Origin: the human T2T-CHM13v2.0 reference genome, Homo sapiens
DNA length: 64,000 nucleotides
Assembly: GCF_009914755.1 (NCBI RefSeq)
Contig: NC_060935.1
Reading direction: 5' to 3' (one strand)
Below the pieces are notes generated by a model. The model was given only the letters and a program-made list of their open reading frames with translations, had not been told where the DNA came from and searched no databases. Positions 29,537 through 48,589 of the stretch are shown one piece after another. How positions within the stretch are numbered: position 1 is the first letter of the stretch; each line of letters opens with the position of its first letter. The translations under genes and the position numbers were made by a program.

Positions 29537-30624
29537 TCAGATAATATACCTGCAAAGCTTTTAGAACAGAACATGGTCATCAATAAATATTAGCCATCAT
29601 CATCTTCATCATTAGAACTGATTATTAATTTTATTTTGTGTGATGACTGCATCTCACAATGATCATTCTGTCCTGTAGAGCTACTCAGAATAGGCCTTGA
29701 TTCCACCCCAAAAGTGTTCAAGCATTCTAAGGCAGTTCAATAGACCTTCTCTGTCGCATGCCACATTGCTTCTCTGAACGTAAACATTCTCTGTTAGGCC
29801 ATCTACCTGGTGCATCATAGGTACTCACTTAGTATTTGTTAAATAGATGTTGACTGTAAAATAGCTTCCCTATAATCTTTTATGCTAATGCTTTTATATC
29901 TTGTTAATGTATATTTTAAAGCATTTGCTCCAGAATGAAACACAGTGAAGGCACCCTTCCTTTCTCTTGATATCTTGCTTGTATTAAAGCAGGCTAGGAC
30001 TTTAGGTTGCAGGTTGTGGTAGGAGTCCCTTACTCATGGGCAGGTTTGGTTTCCTCTCTGAGAACTATGGATAGAACACCATCAGTGAACTCTGAGTGGT
30101 TGGATACTGCACAGGCAGATAATATCTATTCTAATTGAATGGTCAAAATTCTTAAGGATCATGTCACCTACTCTCAACCCTCAAGAGAGTTGAGACTTAG
30201 GTCTGTTGAGAGCTGATTACTCACTTTGTTCTGGCCTTGCTGCAAGAAGCACATAAGTTAAAGGAAAACATTTTTTCATTGTTTTAAGAGACAGAGAATG
30301 TCATAAAATTTTAAAAATGTCTTCTCAATGAACAGAAGTAGTAATAATCTAATTATACCACTTAGCACTAGAGAGCATGTAGTTAGCTCTTGGTTGTTGA
30401 TTTTATCACAACATTAAAAATGTATTTTTAAGAGAATCAATATAACATGCTTTCTTTAAAGAAAAACTAGTAGAGTGCTGTAAACTACTCAGATACATAA
30501 TTTTGTATCCTTTGTCCATTAATTATTTGTATTCATTTAGGTATAGGTTTGACTGCATATAACAGGGAAAAAAGCAACTTTTAATGAGATAGAGTTAAAA
30601 AAGTTCAGAGGTTGAAAGTCCAGC

Positions 30625-30830
30625 TCTGATGGAGATATTCTATATCTGTGCAGTTCAATATGGCAATGCTTCTGAGCATTATGGTATAGGGAAAAAATAT
30701 CGTAGTGTCTGTTGAGCACTTGAAATATGGCTAGTGAGACCCAGGAAGTGAATTTTAAATGTATTTACTTTAAATAAGTTAAGCCTCAATAGCCACATGT
30801 GGATGACATATTGGACAACACAACTCTAGC
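30625..30830. mobile_element. MER3-like hAT-Charlie DNA transposon fragment
   Basis: ttgagcacttgaaatatggctagtgagac...aatagccacatgtgg. Confidence 0.6.
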
Positions 30831-30994
30831 TTTGCATTTCTATTCCAGGGGACAGAAGCAGAGAAAGGAGGCGGAAAAACTGATCACTTTCCCTTTAGAT
30901 TTTCCAAAAGTGCCATATAGCACTTTTGCTTTCATCTTGATAACGATTAGTAGCATGGTGAAACCTAATTTCAAAGGGGGCAGGGAACTATAAT

Positions 30995-31298
30995 TTTTGT
31001 TTTGTTTGTTTTTTTTTGAGACAAAGTTTCACTCTGTCACCCAGGTGGAGTACAGTGGTGCCATCTTGGCTCACTGCAAACTCTCCCTCCTGGGTTCAAG
31101 CGATTCTCGTGCCTTAGCCTCCTGAGTAGCTGGGACGACAAATGTGTGCCACCACGTCTGGCTAATTTTTGTATTTTTAGTAGAGACAGGGTTTCACTAT
31201 GTTGGCCAGGCTGGTCTCGAACTCCTGGCCTCAGGTGATCCATCCCCGTCAGCCTCCCAAAATGTTAGAATTACAGGCTTGAGCCACCACACCCTGCC
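30995..31298 (-). mobile_element. AluS
   Basis: Reverse Alu with TSD aactataat. Confidence 0.9.
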
Positions 31299-31682
31299 AA
31301 CTATAATCTCTTATAGTGTGTGGAGTTGTGTGCAGTGAAAACTCAGGGTTCTGTTCTGTTCCTAAAGAGGAAGAGAATAGGTGTAAGGATTGGCGTATAG
31401 TCTCAGGCACTTTACACAATTTCCATGTAATTAAAATTTTTTCATAAATGTGGTTTGCAATATCACAGAGTCTCATTGTTGCCTAATTCACTTAATTATT
31501 CACTCATTTCAGGGCTTTTAAGGTCATTTAATAATTTACTCAACAAGACTCACTGAGCATATATTACATGCCAGGTGTTGTTCTAGAGATGTGGTGGTAC
31601 GTAAGACAGAGACCTTTCCTGCCTTCATGGAGATTGCATTCTAGATAGACATTCTGTTTTCTGAAGCTGCTGTGGTCTGGAT

Positions 31683-31900
31683 CAGCATTGCCAATAGAAC
31701 TTTCCATGATAATGGAAGTGTTCTTATCGTGTGAATACACGCTAGTCCCTAGCCATGTGGCTACTGAGCCCTTGAAATATTTCTAATACGACTAAAAAAT
31801 GAAATTTTAAATTTTAGTTAATTTAATTTTAATTAACTAAAATGTAGATTTAAATAGTCACACATGACCAGTGGCTACCAAACTGGGCAGCAAAAGTCTA
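31683..31900. mobile_element. MER3-like hAT-Charlie DNA transposon
   Basis: ccaatagaactttccatgataatggaagtgttc...tagccatgtggctactgagc...gtggctacc. Confidence 0.7.
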
Positions 31901-32199
31901 GAGCCTTCAGTGTTTACTTCTGCTTCAAACTTGTACCTCTTAATCAGGGTCAGCAGCAAGACTGCCCTCGTCCCTGGCACAGTGAAGGCTCTGTGGCTTT
32001 AATTTCAGGCTTTCACTAGCCAGCTCTTCTAACTCATCCTCACATGGTCATCGGCTCACTACTCTTCACCCCATTGAGGTGCCAAGGTGGCTGGAGAGAA
32101 GGGGCACAGCGCCAGCCTGTGCCATTCCCAGTCCACCTTGCCCCGTTGTCTCTCCACCTGCACTTCAGGAATGAACTTCAGGCCTGTGTGACTTCATGC

Positions 32200-33212
32200 C
32201 TCATGATTAGTAACTTCTTACAAGGACCTTTTGCAGCATTTGACACAGCTGACTAGTCTCTCCTGGAAACTATACATCTTTGTTTCCATGATCCCATTCC
32301 CTCTTGGTTCCTTTCCCAGCACACTGGCTACTCTTCTCAGTTCCCTTTGCTGATGCCTTCTTATTTTTCCAATTTCTAAGCATCTGCCTGACCCAGGGCT
32401 TCATTTTCAAACCCCTGCCCTACCTACTCGAGGAGTTCCCACTGAGTCTCCCAGCTTTAAATAACATTCATGAGTTTATGACTCTCAAATTTATAGCTTC
32501 AGCCTGAACGTCCTCCCTGAACTGTGATGTATATACTTAACTGTCTACTCAACACCTCTGCTGGGGATTTTGAAAGGTAACTTCACTTAATGTGTCTAAA
32601 AACGGAACCATCTTCCCCACTTCCCGGCTTTTCCCACAGTCATTCCCAGCTCAGTAAATGCAAGTCTGGTCCAATTGCTGAAACCTTGGAGGTGTCCTTG
32701 ATTTCTCTCTTTTTCTCACTCCTTGCAATAAAAGACCAGCAAATCTTGTTAGTTCTACCTTCAAAATATGTCCAGAATCTGACTACCTCCTAAAATCTTC
32801 ATTGCTAGCATGATGGCTCAAGTCATAGTCATCTCTTGACTGGCTTACTGTAATGGTCTCATGACTGGTTTCATTGTATTTCCCACTTGACTTCATTATT
32901 CTCAAGACAGCAGCCAGAGATCCTAGTAAGAGATGACCTTTCCTTACGACCTTATGTAAATAATATCCACCAGCATTCCCCATCATCCTCAATCTGTTTT
33001 ATTTTTCTCTATAGGACTTATTATTATCTGATTTGTCTATCAAGTTTTATTTATTTTCTATCTCCATTTCCATTATGTGCTGGTGGGGATATGAAGGGTG
33101 CAACCTCCACAAGTCTAGGCACTTTGTTTCTTCACTGCCAAATCTCCAACACCTAGAACAGTGCTTGGCACATAATAGGACTCAATATTATTTGTTGAAG
33201 AATGAATGAATG
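32200..33212 (+). mobile_element. L2 fragment with 3' end
   Basis: L2 3' signature cctagaacagtgcttggcacataataggactcaat...tgttgaagaatgaatgaatg. Confidence 0.75.
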
Positions 33213-33317
33213 GGCAAATGACATCTCTTTCAGAAGAAATTCTCATCATATTACATGATTATGACCCACTTTCATCATTGATGGGGAGACTGAGGCACAG
33301 GGAGACTAAGCGATTTC

Positions 33318-33629
33318 TGTTTTTATTTTTTTAAAGACAAGGTTTCATTCTGTGGCCCAGGCTGGAGTGCAGTGGTGTATTCATAGCTCACCGCATCCTT
33401 GAACTCTGGGGCTCAAGGGATCCTCCCACCTCAACCTCCTGAGTAGCTAGGATTGCAGGCACATGCCATCATGCCCAGCTAATTTTTTAAACTTTTTTAA
33501 AATTTTTTTTGTAGAGATGGGGTCTCACTATGTTTCCCAGTCTGGTCTTGAACTCCTGGGCTCAAGTGATCCTCCTGCCTCAGCCTCCCAAAGTATTGAG
33601 ATTACAGTTGTGAGCCACTGCACCTGGCC
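33318..33629 (-). mobile_element. AluJ
   Basis: Reverse Alu with TSD agactaag(c/t)ga. Confidence 0.88.
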
Positions 33630-33949
33630 CCAGACTAAGTGACTTTATATGTGAATACATGAATGTTAGAATTGGAAGGCACAATGAAGATAATCTAGAC
33701 GAATGCTGTCATCTTATATAGAAGTGGAAATAGGGGAGGATGAAAAGGAGAAATGGCATGGTCATAGTTAACCACTGGACCCAAGCTAGCACCCAGGTAG
33801 CCTGACTTCCTGTCCAGTCCTCTTTTTCTTCTCTATTTACTCTTGTATTTATTCTCAGTAGTCAAATCTGGGCAAAAAGTCCTCTTCATGTCTTACTTAC
33901 AACTTTCTTCTCCTACTACCTTGTTATTGGTTGCAGAAACTTTATGGAA

Positions 33950-34400
33950 ATCTCATTAAACTAATTGAAACCGATTTCGTACTTTTCCTCAAGTTATTTG
34001 ACAAAGTTTTACTCTAGAGAAGAGAAATTCCATGGGGAAGTCAGTCTCTTGATGATAGTATGTGGCTTACTTTGTTTTAAATAGTTCAAGGATCTTGACA
34101 TCTAATCATAGCCCTTGGACTTTGAGTGGGGGGATAGGTTTTCTACATCAAAACAGGATTGGAGAATCTCTGGGTTAGCTGCTTCCTATGGTGTTTGCTT
34201 ATTTCTTAGATGTTCTAAATTCAAATATTAACCATGATGCTGATCCCCTGAATTTTCCTTATTTGTGTGACTTATCTTAGACAGCATCTACTTTGTTTTC
34301 TAAAAGCTCCCAGGACCGTTGGTGATTTTTCCTTGGGGACAAGTTCTGATCATTGAATTGCAGTAGCAACCACCATCCAGTACCATTAGAAGACAGCCTA
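33950..34400 (+). promoter_or_regulatory. Candidate OR4B2P promoter block, paralogue of 19890-20360
   Basis: Homeodomain cores ctcatta (33952-33958) and ctaattg (33961-33967); O/E-like ttccatggggaa (34028-34039) and tccttgggga (34330-34339). Confidence 0.5.
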
Positions 34401-34929
34401 GTGTTGAAAGAGCACAGGTTCTGAGTTAGTAATCTGGCAAATAACTAGTGTGTGGCTTTGAGAAGCAGGTTAATTCTGCCCTGCCTCTGTTGCCTCATTT
34501 ATAAACAGAGGAAGTTGGAGTAAAATCTCTCTACCTATTGTAGATTGTAATATTTTTCAATTGTGCTTTCTAACTGGTAATTCCATTTGAATTTTCTTAT
34601 TGTAATAGTGGCTTTCGTTTGACTTATGTCTTTCTCCCCTAGGTTTACATATAGAAATTTTGCTTGCAAGAAACAGAGGCCTGTTCAAAGTAGCTTAGAC
34701 AAAAAGAAGAATTTATTTGAGGAATAAGGGGCTGTTCCTGGTATCCAAGTACACATGGGCTGAATTAAGGTTTAAAAAGTCAAGGATCGGGGATACTCTC
34801 TGCATCTCTGAGATGCCATGGTCTCTTTCTGTACTACTTTTCTTGCTCTAGAATACTCATTTCTCAATGTTTAAAGGTTCAAGGACTTTAGTTAAACTTC
34901 AGCATGTGCCCTTACATGAGGAATTCTGA

Positions 34930-35257
<328 letters not shown>

Positions 35258-35407
35258 GACTTTTGTTTTGTTGATTCTGTTCTTTACTATTCAAGGTATA
35301 TTTTTAGTTCTTTAAAATTATATTTTAAAAACATTTCACATATGAAATTGGAGATAATGGGAAAAAATGGGGATACATTTTATAGCAGAGAATCAAAGTG
35401 TATCAAA

Positions 35408-35453
35408 TCATATATATATGAACTATATATGAACTTACACACACATATACACA

Positions 35454-35517
<64 letters not shown>
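35408..35517. repeat. (TA)n(CA)n(TA)n microsatellite at an Alu tail
   Basis: Directly visible. Confidence 0.9.
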
Positions 35518-35534
<17 letters not shown>

Positions 35535-35813
35535 GAGATGGAGTCTCGCTCTGTTGCCCAGGCTGGAGTGCAGTGAATCTCAGCTCACTGCAACCTCCGC
35601 CTCCTGGGTTCAAGCGATTTTTGTGCCTCATCCTCTTGCCTAGCTGGGACTACAGGCATGCACCACCATGCTTGGCTAATTTTTGTATTTTTAGTAGAGA
35701 CGGGGTTTCACCCTATTGGCCAGGCTGGTCTCAAACTCCTGACCTCAGGTGATCTGCCCGCCTTGGCCTCCCAAAGAGCTGCTATTAGAGACATGAGCCA
35801 CTGAACCTGGCCC
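35518..35813 (-). mobile_element. AluS
   Basis: Reverse Alu dimer. Confidence 0.9.
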
Positions 35814-36036
35814 ATGTATATATATTAATCTTACTTCTGAGGGATCAGATGTGGTGAAAAATTCCCAGTGGGCACCTTCATCTAGAGAATATTGTTTTGA
35901 ATCACATGATATTGTTAGCTTAAGGTATGTATTGTGATCTATATTCTTCTGTGTAATCTGATGAGTGTTTAGATGTATAAGAGGTTCTCTCAGTAGGTGT
36001 TTGTTCCAGCGAAGTAGCTTAGAGAGAAACCTCCCC

Positions 36037-36248
36037 TTTTTTTTAAAAAAAATGTTAAATTTAATTTGTTTTTATTTCTTCTAAAAAAACCTGGGATACA
36101 TGTGCAGAATGTGCAGGTTTGTCACATAGGTATATGTGTGACATGGAGGTTTGCTGCACCTATTGACCTGTCCTCTAAGTTCCCTCCCCTCACCCCCAGC
36201 CTGCAACAGGCCCTGGTGTGTGTTATTCCCCTCTCTGTGTCCATGTGT
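36037..36248 (-). mobile_element. Short L1 3' end (L1PA12-like)
   Basis: gggatacatgtgcagaatgtgcagg...ctctaagttccctcccctc; TSD gagagaaacc. Confidence 0.8.
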
Positions 36249-36431
36249 GAGAGAAACCCTTACTCTTGCTGCCATATGCTTTGCTGCTGACTGCCAATCC
36301 AGGACCCTGGATTGAGAGTCAGAAAGATTGGTCCTGGGTCCCAGAATTCACTACTTTCTGTGTGACCTTGGGCAAATAACCATTTCTCTTCAACTTCATT
36401 TTCTAATAATAAAATTAAATACGTTAAAATT

Positions 36432-36703
36432 GGCTGGGTGCAGTGGTTCATGCCTGTAATCCCAGCACTTTGGGGAGCTGAGGCGGGAGGATCGCCCAGG
36501 AGTTTGAGACCAGCCTGGACAATGGGGTGAAACCACATTTCTACAAACAGTATAAAAAATTATCCAGGCATGGTGGTGCACACCTATAGTCTCAGCTATC
36601 TGGGAGGCTGAAGTGGATCATCTGAGCCACGGAGGTTGAGGCTGCAGTGAGCTGTGATCACACCACTACACTCCAGCCTGGGTGACACTGTGTCTCTCTG
36701 TAG

Positions 36704-36735
<32 letters not shown>

Positions 36736-36742
36736 ACACACA
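36432..36742 (+). mobile_element. AluJ whose tail is replaced by (CA)n (36704-36742)
   Basis: Alu dimer followed by a CA repeat, inside a MIR. Confidence 0.85.
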
Positions 36743-36928
36743 CGTGTTAGATTGCTAATATTTAATGCTGAATGAATACACAGTGGCTTAAAAATGAGTG
36801 AGTAATAAGTGTATTATAGAGTGGCTTACACTCTCTAAAGTGCTAGAAATGAGGTGAATTAGTGTTGTGATCATTGTTTTATTGCAGGGCACTCACTGCC
36901 TGGCATCCAGCACACCTGCATTGAATCC

Positions 36929-37834
36929 ATGGCCAGTACAAATAATGTGACTGAGTCAATGATCACCAGCCTTTTCCAGGATCCAGCAGTGCAGAGAGTG
37001 TGCTTTGTGGTGTTTCTCCCCGTGTACTGGCCATGGAGGTGGGCAATGGCCTCATCGTTCTGACGGTCAGTATCAGCAAGAGTCTGCATTCCCCTGTGTA
37101 CTTCTTCCTGAGCTACCTGTCATTGATGGAGATCAGTTACTTCACTGTTGTCCCTAAATTCATCACAGACTTACTTGCCAAGATTAAAGCCATCTCTCTG
37201 GAGGGCTATCTGGCTCAGATATTCTTGCACTTCTTTGGCATCCCCTGGATCTTTCTGCTCCCACTGATGACCAATGACCAATATATGGCCAACTGCAAAC
37301 TTTATTACTACACAACCATCATGAGCTGCCTGTCTGTCACCTTCTGGTGGCTGGTTTCTGGCTGAGGGGCATAATTCACTCAATGGTTCAGATCCTTGTC
37401 TCTGTCCAATTGTTCTTCTGTGGTCCCAACATGATTGACCACTCATTCTGTGACCTCCAGGTCTTATTCAAGCTTGCCTGCACTGACACCTTTGTGGAGG
37501 GGGTTATTGTGTTGGCCAACAGTGAATTAGTATCTGTCTTCTTCCTTATCTTGGTGTCCTCTTAATATCATCATCCTAGTCAACTTGAGGAACCATTCTG
37601 CAGAGGGGAGGTGCAAAGCCCTCTCCACCTGTGCCTCTTATCTTGTATTTTGAACTTGCCATTTTCCTCTACGTGTGACTCTCCTCCACCTTTACTAAAG
37701 ATAAACTCGTGGCTGTATTTTACGTGATCATCACCCCCATGCTGAACCCCTTCATCTACACGCTTGGGAATGCAGAGATGAAAATCACCATGAGGAGATT
37801 GTTGGGCAGGACAGTGAACTCAGGAATGGAATAA
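36929..37834 (+). pseudogene. OR4B2P: Olfactory receptor pseudogene, tandem paralogue of OR4B1
   Basis: Starts MASTNNVTE and aligns end to end with OR4B1. 1-bp deletion at ~37027, further indels, TAA at 37563-37565, degenerate MTNDQYMANC motif. Acceptor attgcag at 36886-36887. Confidence 0.9.
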
Positions 37835-38235
37835 AATGACAACATGAAAAAAAAATAGCACAAAGAGAGAGACCATATATGCAATCTGATTTTAGTTAAC
37901 TATGAGGGAATAGAGCAAAAGTTAGCTTATTTATATTTTTTGTTGTATTTCAGATGAGCTGCTTATACTCCATGGTATCAATCAGAGACAGCTAATAGTT
38001 GTTAGTATTTTGGAGAATGTTGAAAACTTTCTTCTCTTCTTCAGTAGTCCATAGTGCAAAGTGCATAGACTTTTAAGGAGGAATTATCTAGATTGGAAAC
38101 CCCTACCCTGTCATCTGTTAGCTGTGTGACCTTAGATTTATTTCAGTTCACCTCTTGGTGATAGCCCACTGTGGGATGTGGAAAGATTATGGCCCTTGGA
38201 GACAAAAGTTCATGTTTTGCTTCATCCCTTCTTAC

Positions 38236-39942
38236 TGAGAGGTGACAGCATGCTGGCAGCCTTCGATTGCTCTCAGCACCTCCTGGGCCTTGGTTCCCAC
38301 TCTGGCCACGCTTGAGGAGCACTTCAGCCCACCGCTGCACTGTGGGAGCCCCTCTCTGTGCTGGCCGAGGCCGGAGCCGGCTCCCTCTGCTTGCGCAGAG
38401 GTGTGGAGGGAGAGGAGTGGGTGGGAACCGGGGACTGCGCGTGGTGCTCATGGGCCAGCACGAGTTCTGGGTGGGAGTGGGCTCGGCGGCCCCGCACTCG
38501 GAGCAGGCTGCTGGTGCTGCAGGCCCAGGGCAGTGAGGGGCTTAGCACCCAGGCCAGCAGCTGCAGAGGGGCAGCCAGGTCCCCCAGCACTGCCTGCTGG
38601 CCCACACTCACTTGAATTCTTGTGGGGCCTCAGCCGCCTCCCAGCGGGGCAGGGCTCAGGACTGCAGCCAGTCATGCCCGAGCCTCCTCCCACTGGCTGT
38701 GGGCTCCTGCAAGGCCAGAGCCTCCCCTACGAGCACTACTCCCTGCTCCTTTGCACCATGGTCCCATCAACCGCCCAAGGGCTGAGGAGTGCATGCGCAC
38801 CGCACCGGGCTGGCAGGAAGCTCTGCCTGTGGACCTGGTGCGGGATCCACTAGGGGAAGCCAGCTATGCTCCTGAGTCTGGTGGGGACTTGGAGAAATTT
38901 TATGTCTAGCCAGAGGATTGTATATGCACCAATCAGCACTCTGTGTCTAGCTAATCTGGTGGGGACTTCGAGAACTTTTAACTCTATCTAAAGGATTGTA
39001 AATGCACCAATCAGAACTCTGTGTCTAGCTCAAGGTTTGTAAACACACCAATCAGCTCCCTGTGTCTAGCTCAAGGTTTGTAAATGCACCAATCAGTGCT
39101 CTGTGTCTAGTTAATCTAGTGGGGACTTGGAGAATTTTATGTCTAGCTAAAGGATTGTGGATACACCAATCAGCACTCTGTGTCTAGCTCAAGGTTTGTA
39201 AACACACCAGTCAGCACTCTGTGTATAGCTCAAGGTTTGTAAATGCACCAATCAGTGCTTTGTGTCTAGTTAATCTAGTGGGGACCTGAAAACTTTTATG
39301 TCTAGCTAGAGGATTGTAAATACACCAATCAGTACTCTGTGTCTAGCTCAGGGATTGTAAATACACCAATCAGCACCCTGTCAAAACGGACCAATCAGCT
39401 CTCTGTAAGCTGGACCAATCAGCTCTCTGTAAAATGGGCCAATCAGCAGGATGTGGGTGGGGTCAGATAAGGGAATAAAAGCAGGCTGCGGGAGCCAGCA
39501 GGGGCAACCCACTGGGTCCCCTTCCACACTGTGGAAGCTTTGTTCTTTTGCTTTTTGCAATAAATCTTGCTGCTGCTCACTCTATGGGTCTGCACTGCCT
39601 TTATGAGGTGTAACACTCACTGCAAAGGTCTGCAGCTTCACTCCTGAGGCCAGCGAGACCATGAACCCACCAGGAGGAATGAACAACTCCAGACGGGAGG
39701 AACGAACAACTCCAGATGCGCTGTCTTAAGAGCTGTAACTCTCACCACGAAGGTCGGCAGCTTCACTCCTGAAGCCAGCGAGACCACAAACCCACCAGAA
39801 GGAAGAAACTCTGAACACATCTGAACATCAGAAGGAACAAACTCCAGACATGCCGCTTTTAAGAACTGTAACACTCACTGCGAGGGTCTGCGGCGTCATT
39901 CTTGAAGTCAGTGAGACCAAGAACCCACTAATTCTGGACATA
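38236..39942 (+). mobile_element. LTR12 (C/E type) solo LTR of ERV9
   Basis: tgagaggtgacagc...ggacata termini with 4-bp TSD TTAC; GC-rich U3, tandem CCAAT repeats, GT box, GATA site, AATAAAA box at 39474-39480. Confidence 0.95.
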
Positions 39943-40164
39943 TTACCAGTGTGATCTTGGGGGAGCTCCAGGAAAGCTTCTGTACTTTATTTGGTTTCCC
40001 TCACCCCGTTAACCTGATTCTAATGCCTGAAATGCCATGGTAGGAGTTTTAGTTCATGAGAAAGAGTGGCACTTTTAGAGTGCACATGTCTCTGGGAGTT
40101 GAAATATAAGCTAATTGATTAACCCTTAATATCTTAATCTGAATGACTTTATAAGACACTTCTC

Positions 40165-46300
<6,136 letters not shown>

Positions 46301-46749
46301 CCAGAGCTTGGGTCTTGTTTGCATATGTATCCTTGGGTTCTGGTTCTGGCCAATTCATTACAGATAAATTTGCCAAATAACAATTTGTTAATTTAACTGA
46401 ATTACCACATAACTAATTTACTGAACTTTTGATTCCTCAAAACCTATTTCTGTTAATCCTTTGTAAAATCTATAGCACTTATGTTTTGCAGATGCCTGCA
46501 ATAAGCGATGTATTTGGGGGAGGAGGATTTTTGTGTATTCTCAATTTCAGTTTTGTGGTAATTAATGAATATCAAGGATTTTATATAAGTTTGTTTCACT
46601 CTTCCAGTGAATTTTCAATCTAGTCAACTGTCTTTCTTATTTTTCTTCATTCTTGAATTGACTTTTCTCAAGAAAGGGACCCATGTATACGTAACAGATG
46701 AGGAATTTTACCTGGATATGTTTTCACGTGTGCTAACCAAACTTACCTG

Positions 46750-47210
46750 AATCAGATTGAATGATCCGCCCCAGTTCTTTACTTCTTCTTTTGCCTGTGC
46801 CCTGCTCCTTGTAATTTTGCAGTTCTTCCCATCAGAAGCAGTGTATGTTTCCATCCCCTGACTTTAGGCTTAGCCATGTGACTAGCTTTGGCTAATGGCA
46901 TGGGTGGGTGGAAATGACAATGCCTCAGTGAGAGCCTAGGCCTTACTAGGCCTTGTGTATTTTTGTTTGCCCCCCTGTGTCTCTGCCACGATCATGAGAT
47001 GATAGGCAGCAGCTGCACTACAGCCTGAACTGCCAAATGAACACATACGGAACAGAACTTCTCTAGCCGACCCACCAAACTGCAGCCTGAGGAAGAGCTT
47101 CCCCAGCTCACCTGCAGACCCATGAACATGAGAATAAATGCTTCCAGTTGCATGCTGCTGAGGTTCTGTGGTTGTTAATGTTACACAAACTCTTTAGACT
47201 TGACCTGACA
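46750..47210 (+). mobile_element. MLT1 (H/I/J-like) MaLR LTR
   Basis: gccatgtgactagctttggctaatgg...gagaataaatgctt...gaggttctgtggttgtt. Confidence 0.7.
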
Positions 47211-48589
47211 AATATGCATATCAAAGGAGAATAGAAAAGTCAATGTACTGGACTAAAAGTGGTTAATATTTATTAGACCTGGTACACTTACCTCATAGTT
47301 CTTTACAATGATTTTGCTGAGCATGGGCATTGAACATGTCCTTTCTGCTACCTTGAGGGCTTTGCCCTTGATTTAACTGTCTGGAAATTGTGTTTGCAAA
47401 TTTCTGCCAAGTTGGCATAACTCAATTGCTTTTCTTTAAGTTCAATGGATTTGTTGATCCAGACGTGTTGAATGCTGACTTTGTGAATGTTTTACAATCC
47501 AGATTCCTTAGAGCTTCTTAATTAAGAGGAAAAGGATTAGCTGAGATTGGAAGTAGAAGCACATCTTTCGTGAATTGATAATTCAGTGGACTGGCCATTT
47601 GCCTGATAGCAAAATTGCTGAATTGGTTAATCTTGTGAATTGACTGTTGGTAATTTGACCATCTGGCAAACTATAGTTGGTGAATTGATTTTAGGTGAAT
47701 TGCTGCTTTTGCACTTCGTGTGATGAGTGACAGGTGGTGGATGCTCAAGAGCTGTGGAATGAATAAAATATATCAAAATGATGTCGGCATTATTAGTTTT
47801 TATCATTTGGGAAGGGCTTGAGCCAGAAGTGAGATTGCTTGAAGCAGCCAGAAAAGAACTTATTTGAGAGCTCGAAATAGTGTTCATATATTGTCTTGCA
47901 ACAAAAAATACCAACTGTCCAAACTAATACATGAAATCCATATTTGAACTTATTAATTGATATACCCTATATTTGCATAATACCCTATGCATATTTCAAA
48001 GCCCTTTCACATTCATTACTTCATTGGCGTCTCATTGTAATCCTGTGATGTCAATGAAATATGAATTAATCATTCTCAATGTACAGTTTTAGATGAAACA
48101 TCATTTAGATTAGGTTTTAGCTGCAAGGATCAGAATCTAAACCAAGATAGAAGTCAAGAAGTTCACAGTCTGGGATAGAAATGTTCTCTATCTTGTTTCT
48201 CCATCCTTTATAGTATTAATTCCCAAGGTCACTGCATGGCCCCAAATGGCTGATGGAGCTCCAGTCATAATGGCAGCATCCTGTTATCCAAAAGCAGGAA
48301 GAGATGAAATAAGACATGTCCCCTTCCTTGAAGTTTCAAGGGAGGCTGGGTAATGTAATTTTCATTCCAGGTAGGCATGTGCCCTCATAAAAATTCAGGG
48401 ATTCTAATACTATAGAAGGAAGAAGGAGAAAATAATAATTAGGAACACTAGTGATTTCTGCTCCAGGGTAAATCAAGCACAAAGCGTGGGCACAAACTCA
48501 GATATTCTGATTCCCAGACCAGAAGTTTCCTTCATTGTGGTTTCCCATCTCAGTTAGGTTTTACTTTATGAAAATAATTTTGTTTAGTT

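Noticed and set aside
38143-38909. Overlapping GC-rich ORFs (up to 203 aa)
   Set aside because: They lie in the LTR12 U3 region; GC-rich repeat sequence with no protein-family motifs.
38920-39450. CRISPR-like repeat array
   Set aside because: These are LTR12 tandem NF-Y repeats without unique spacers, in eukaryotic DNA with no cas genes.
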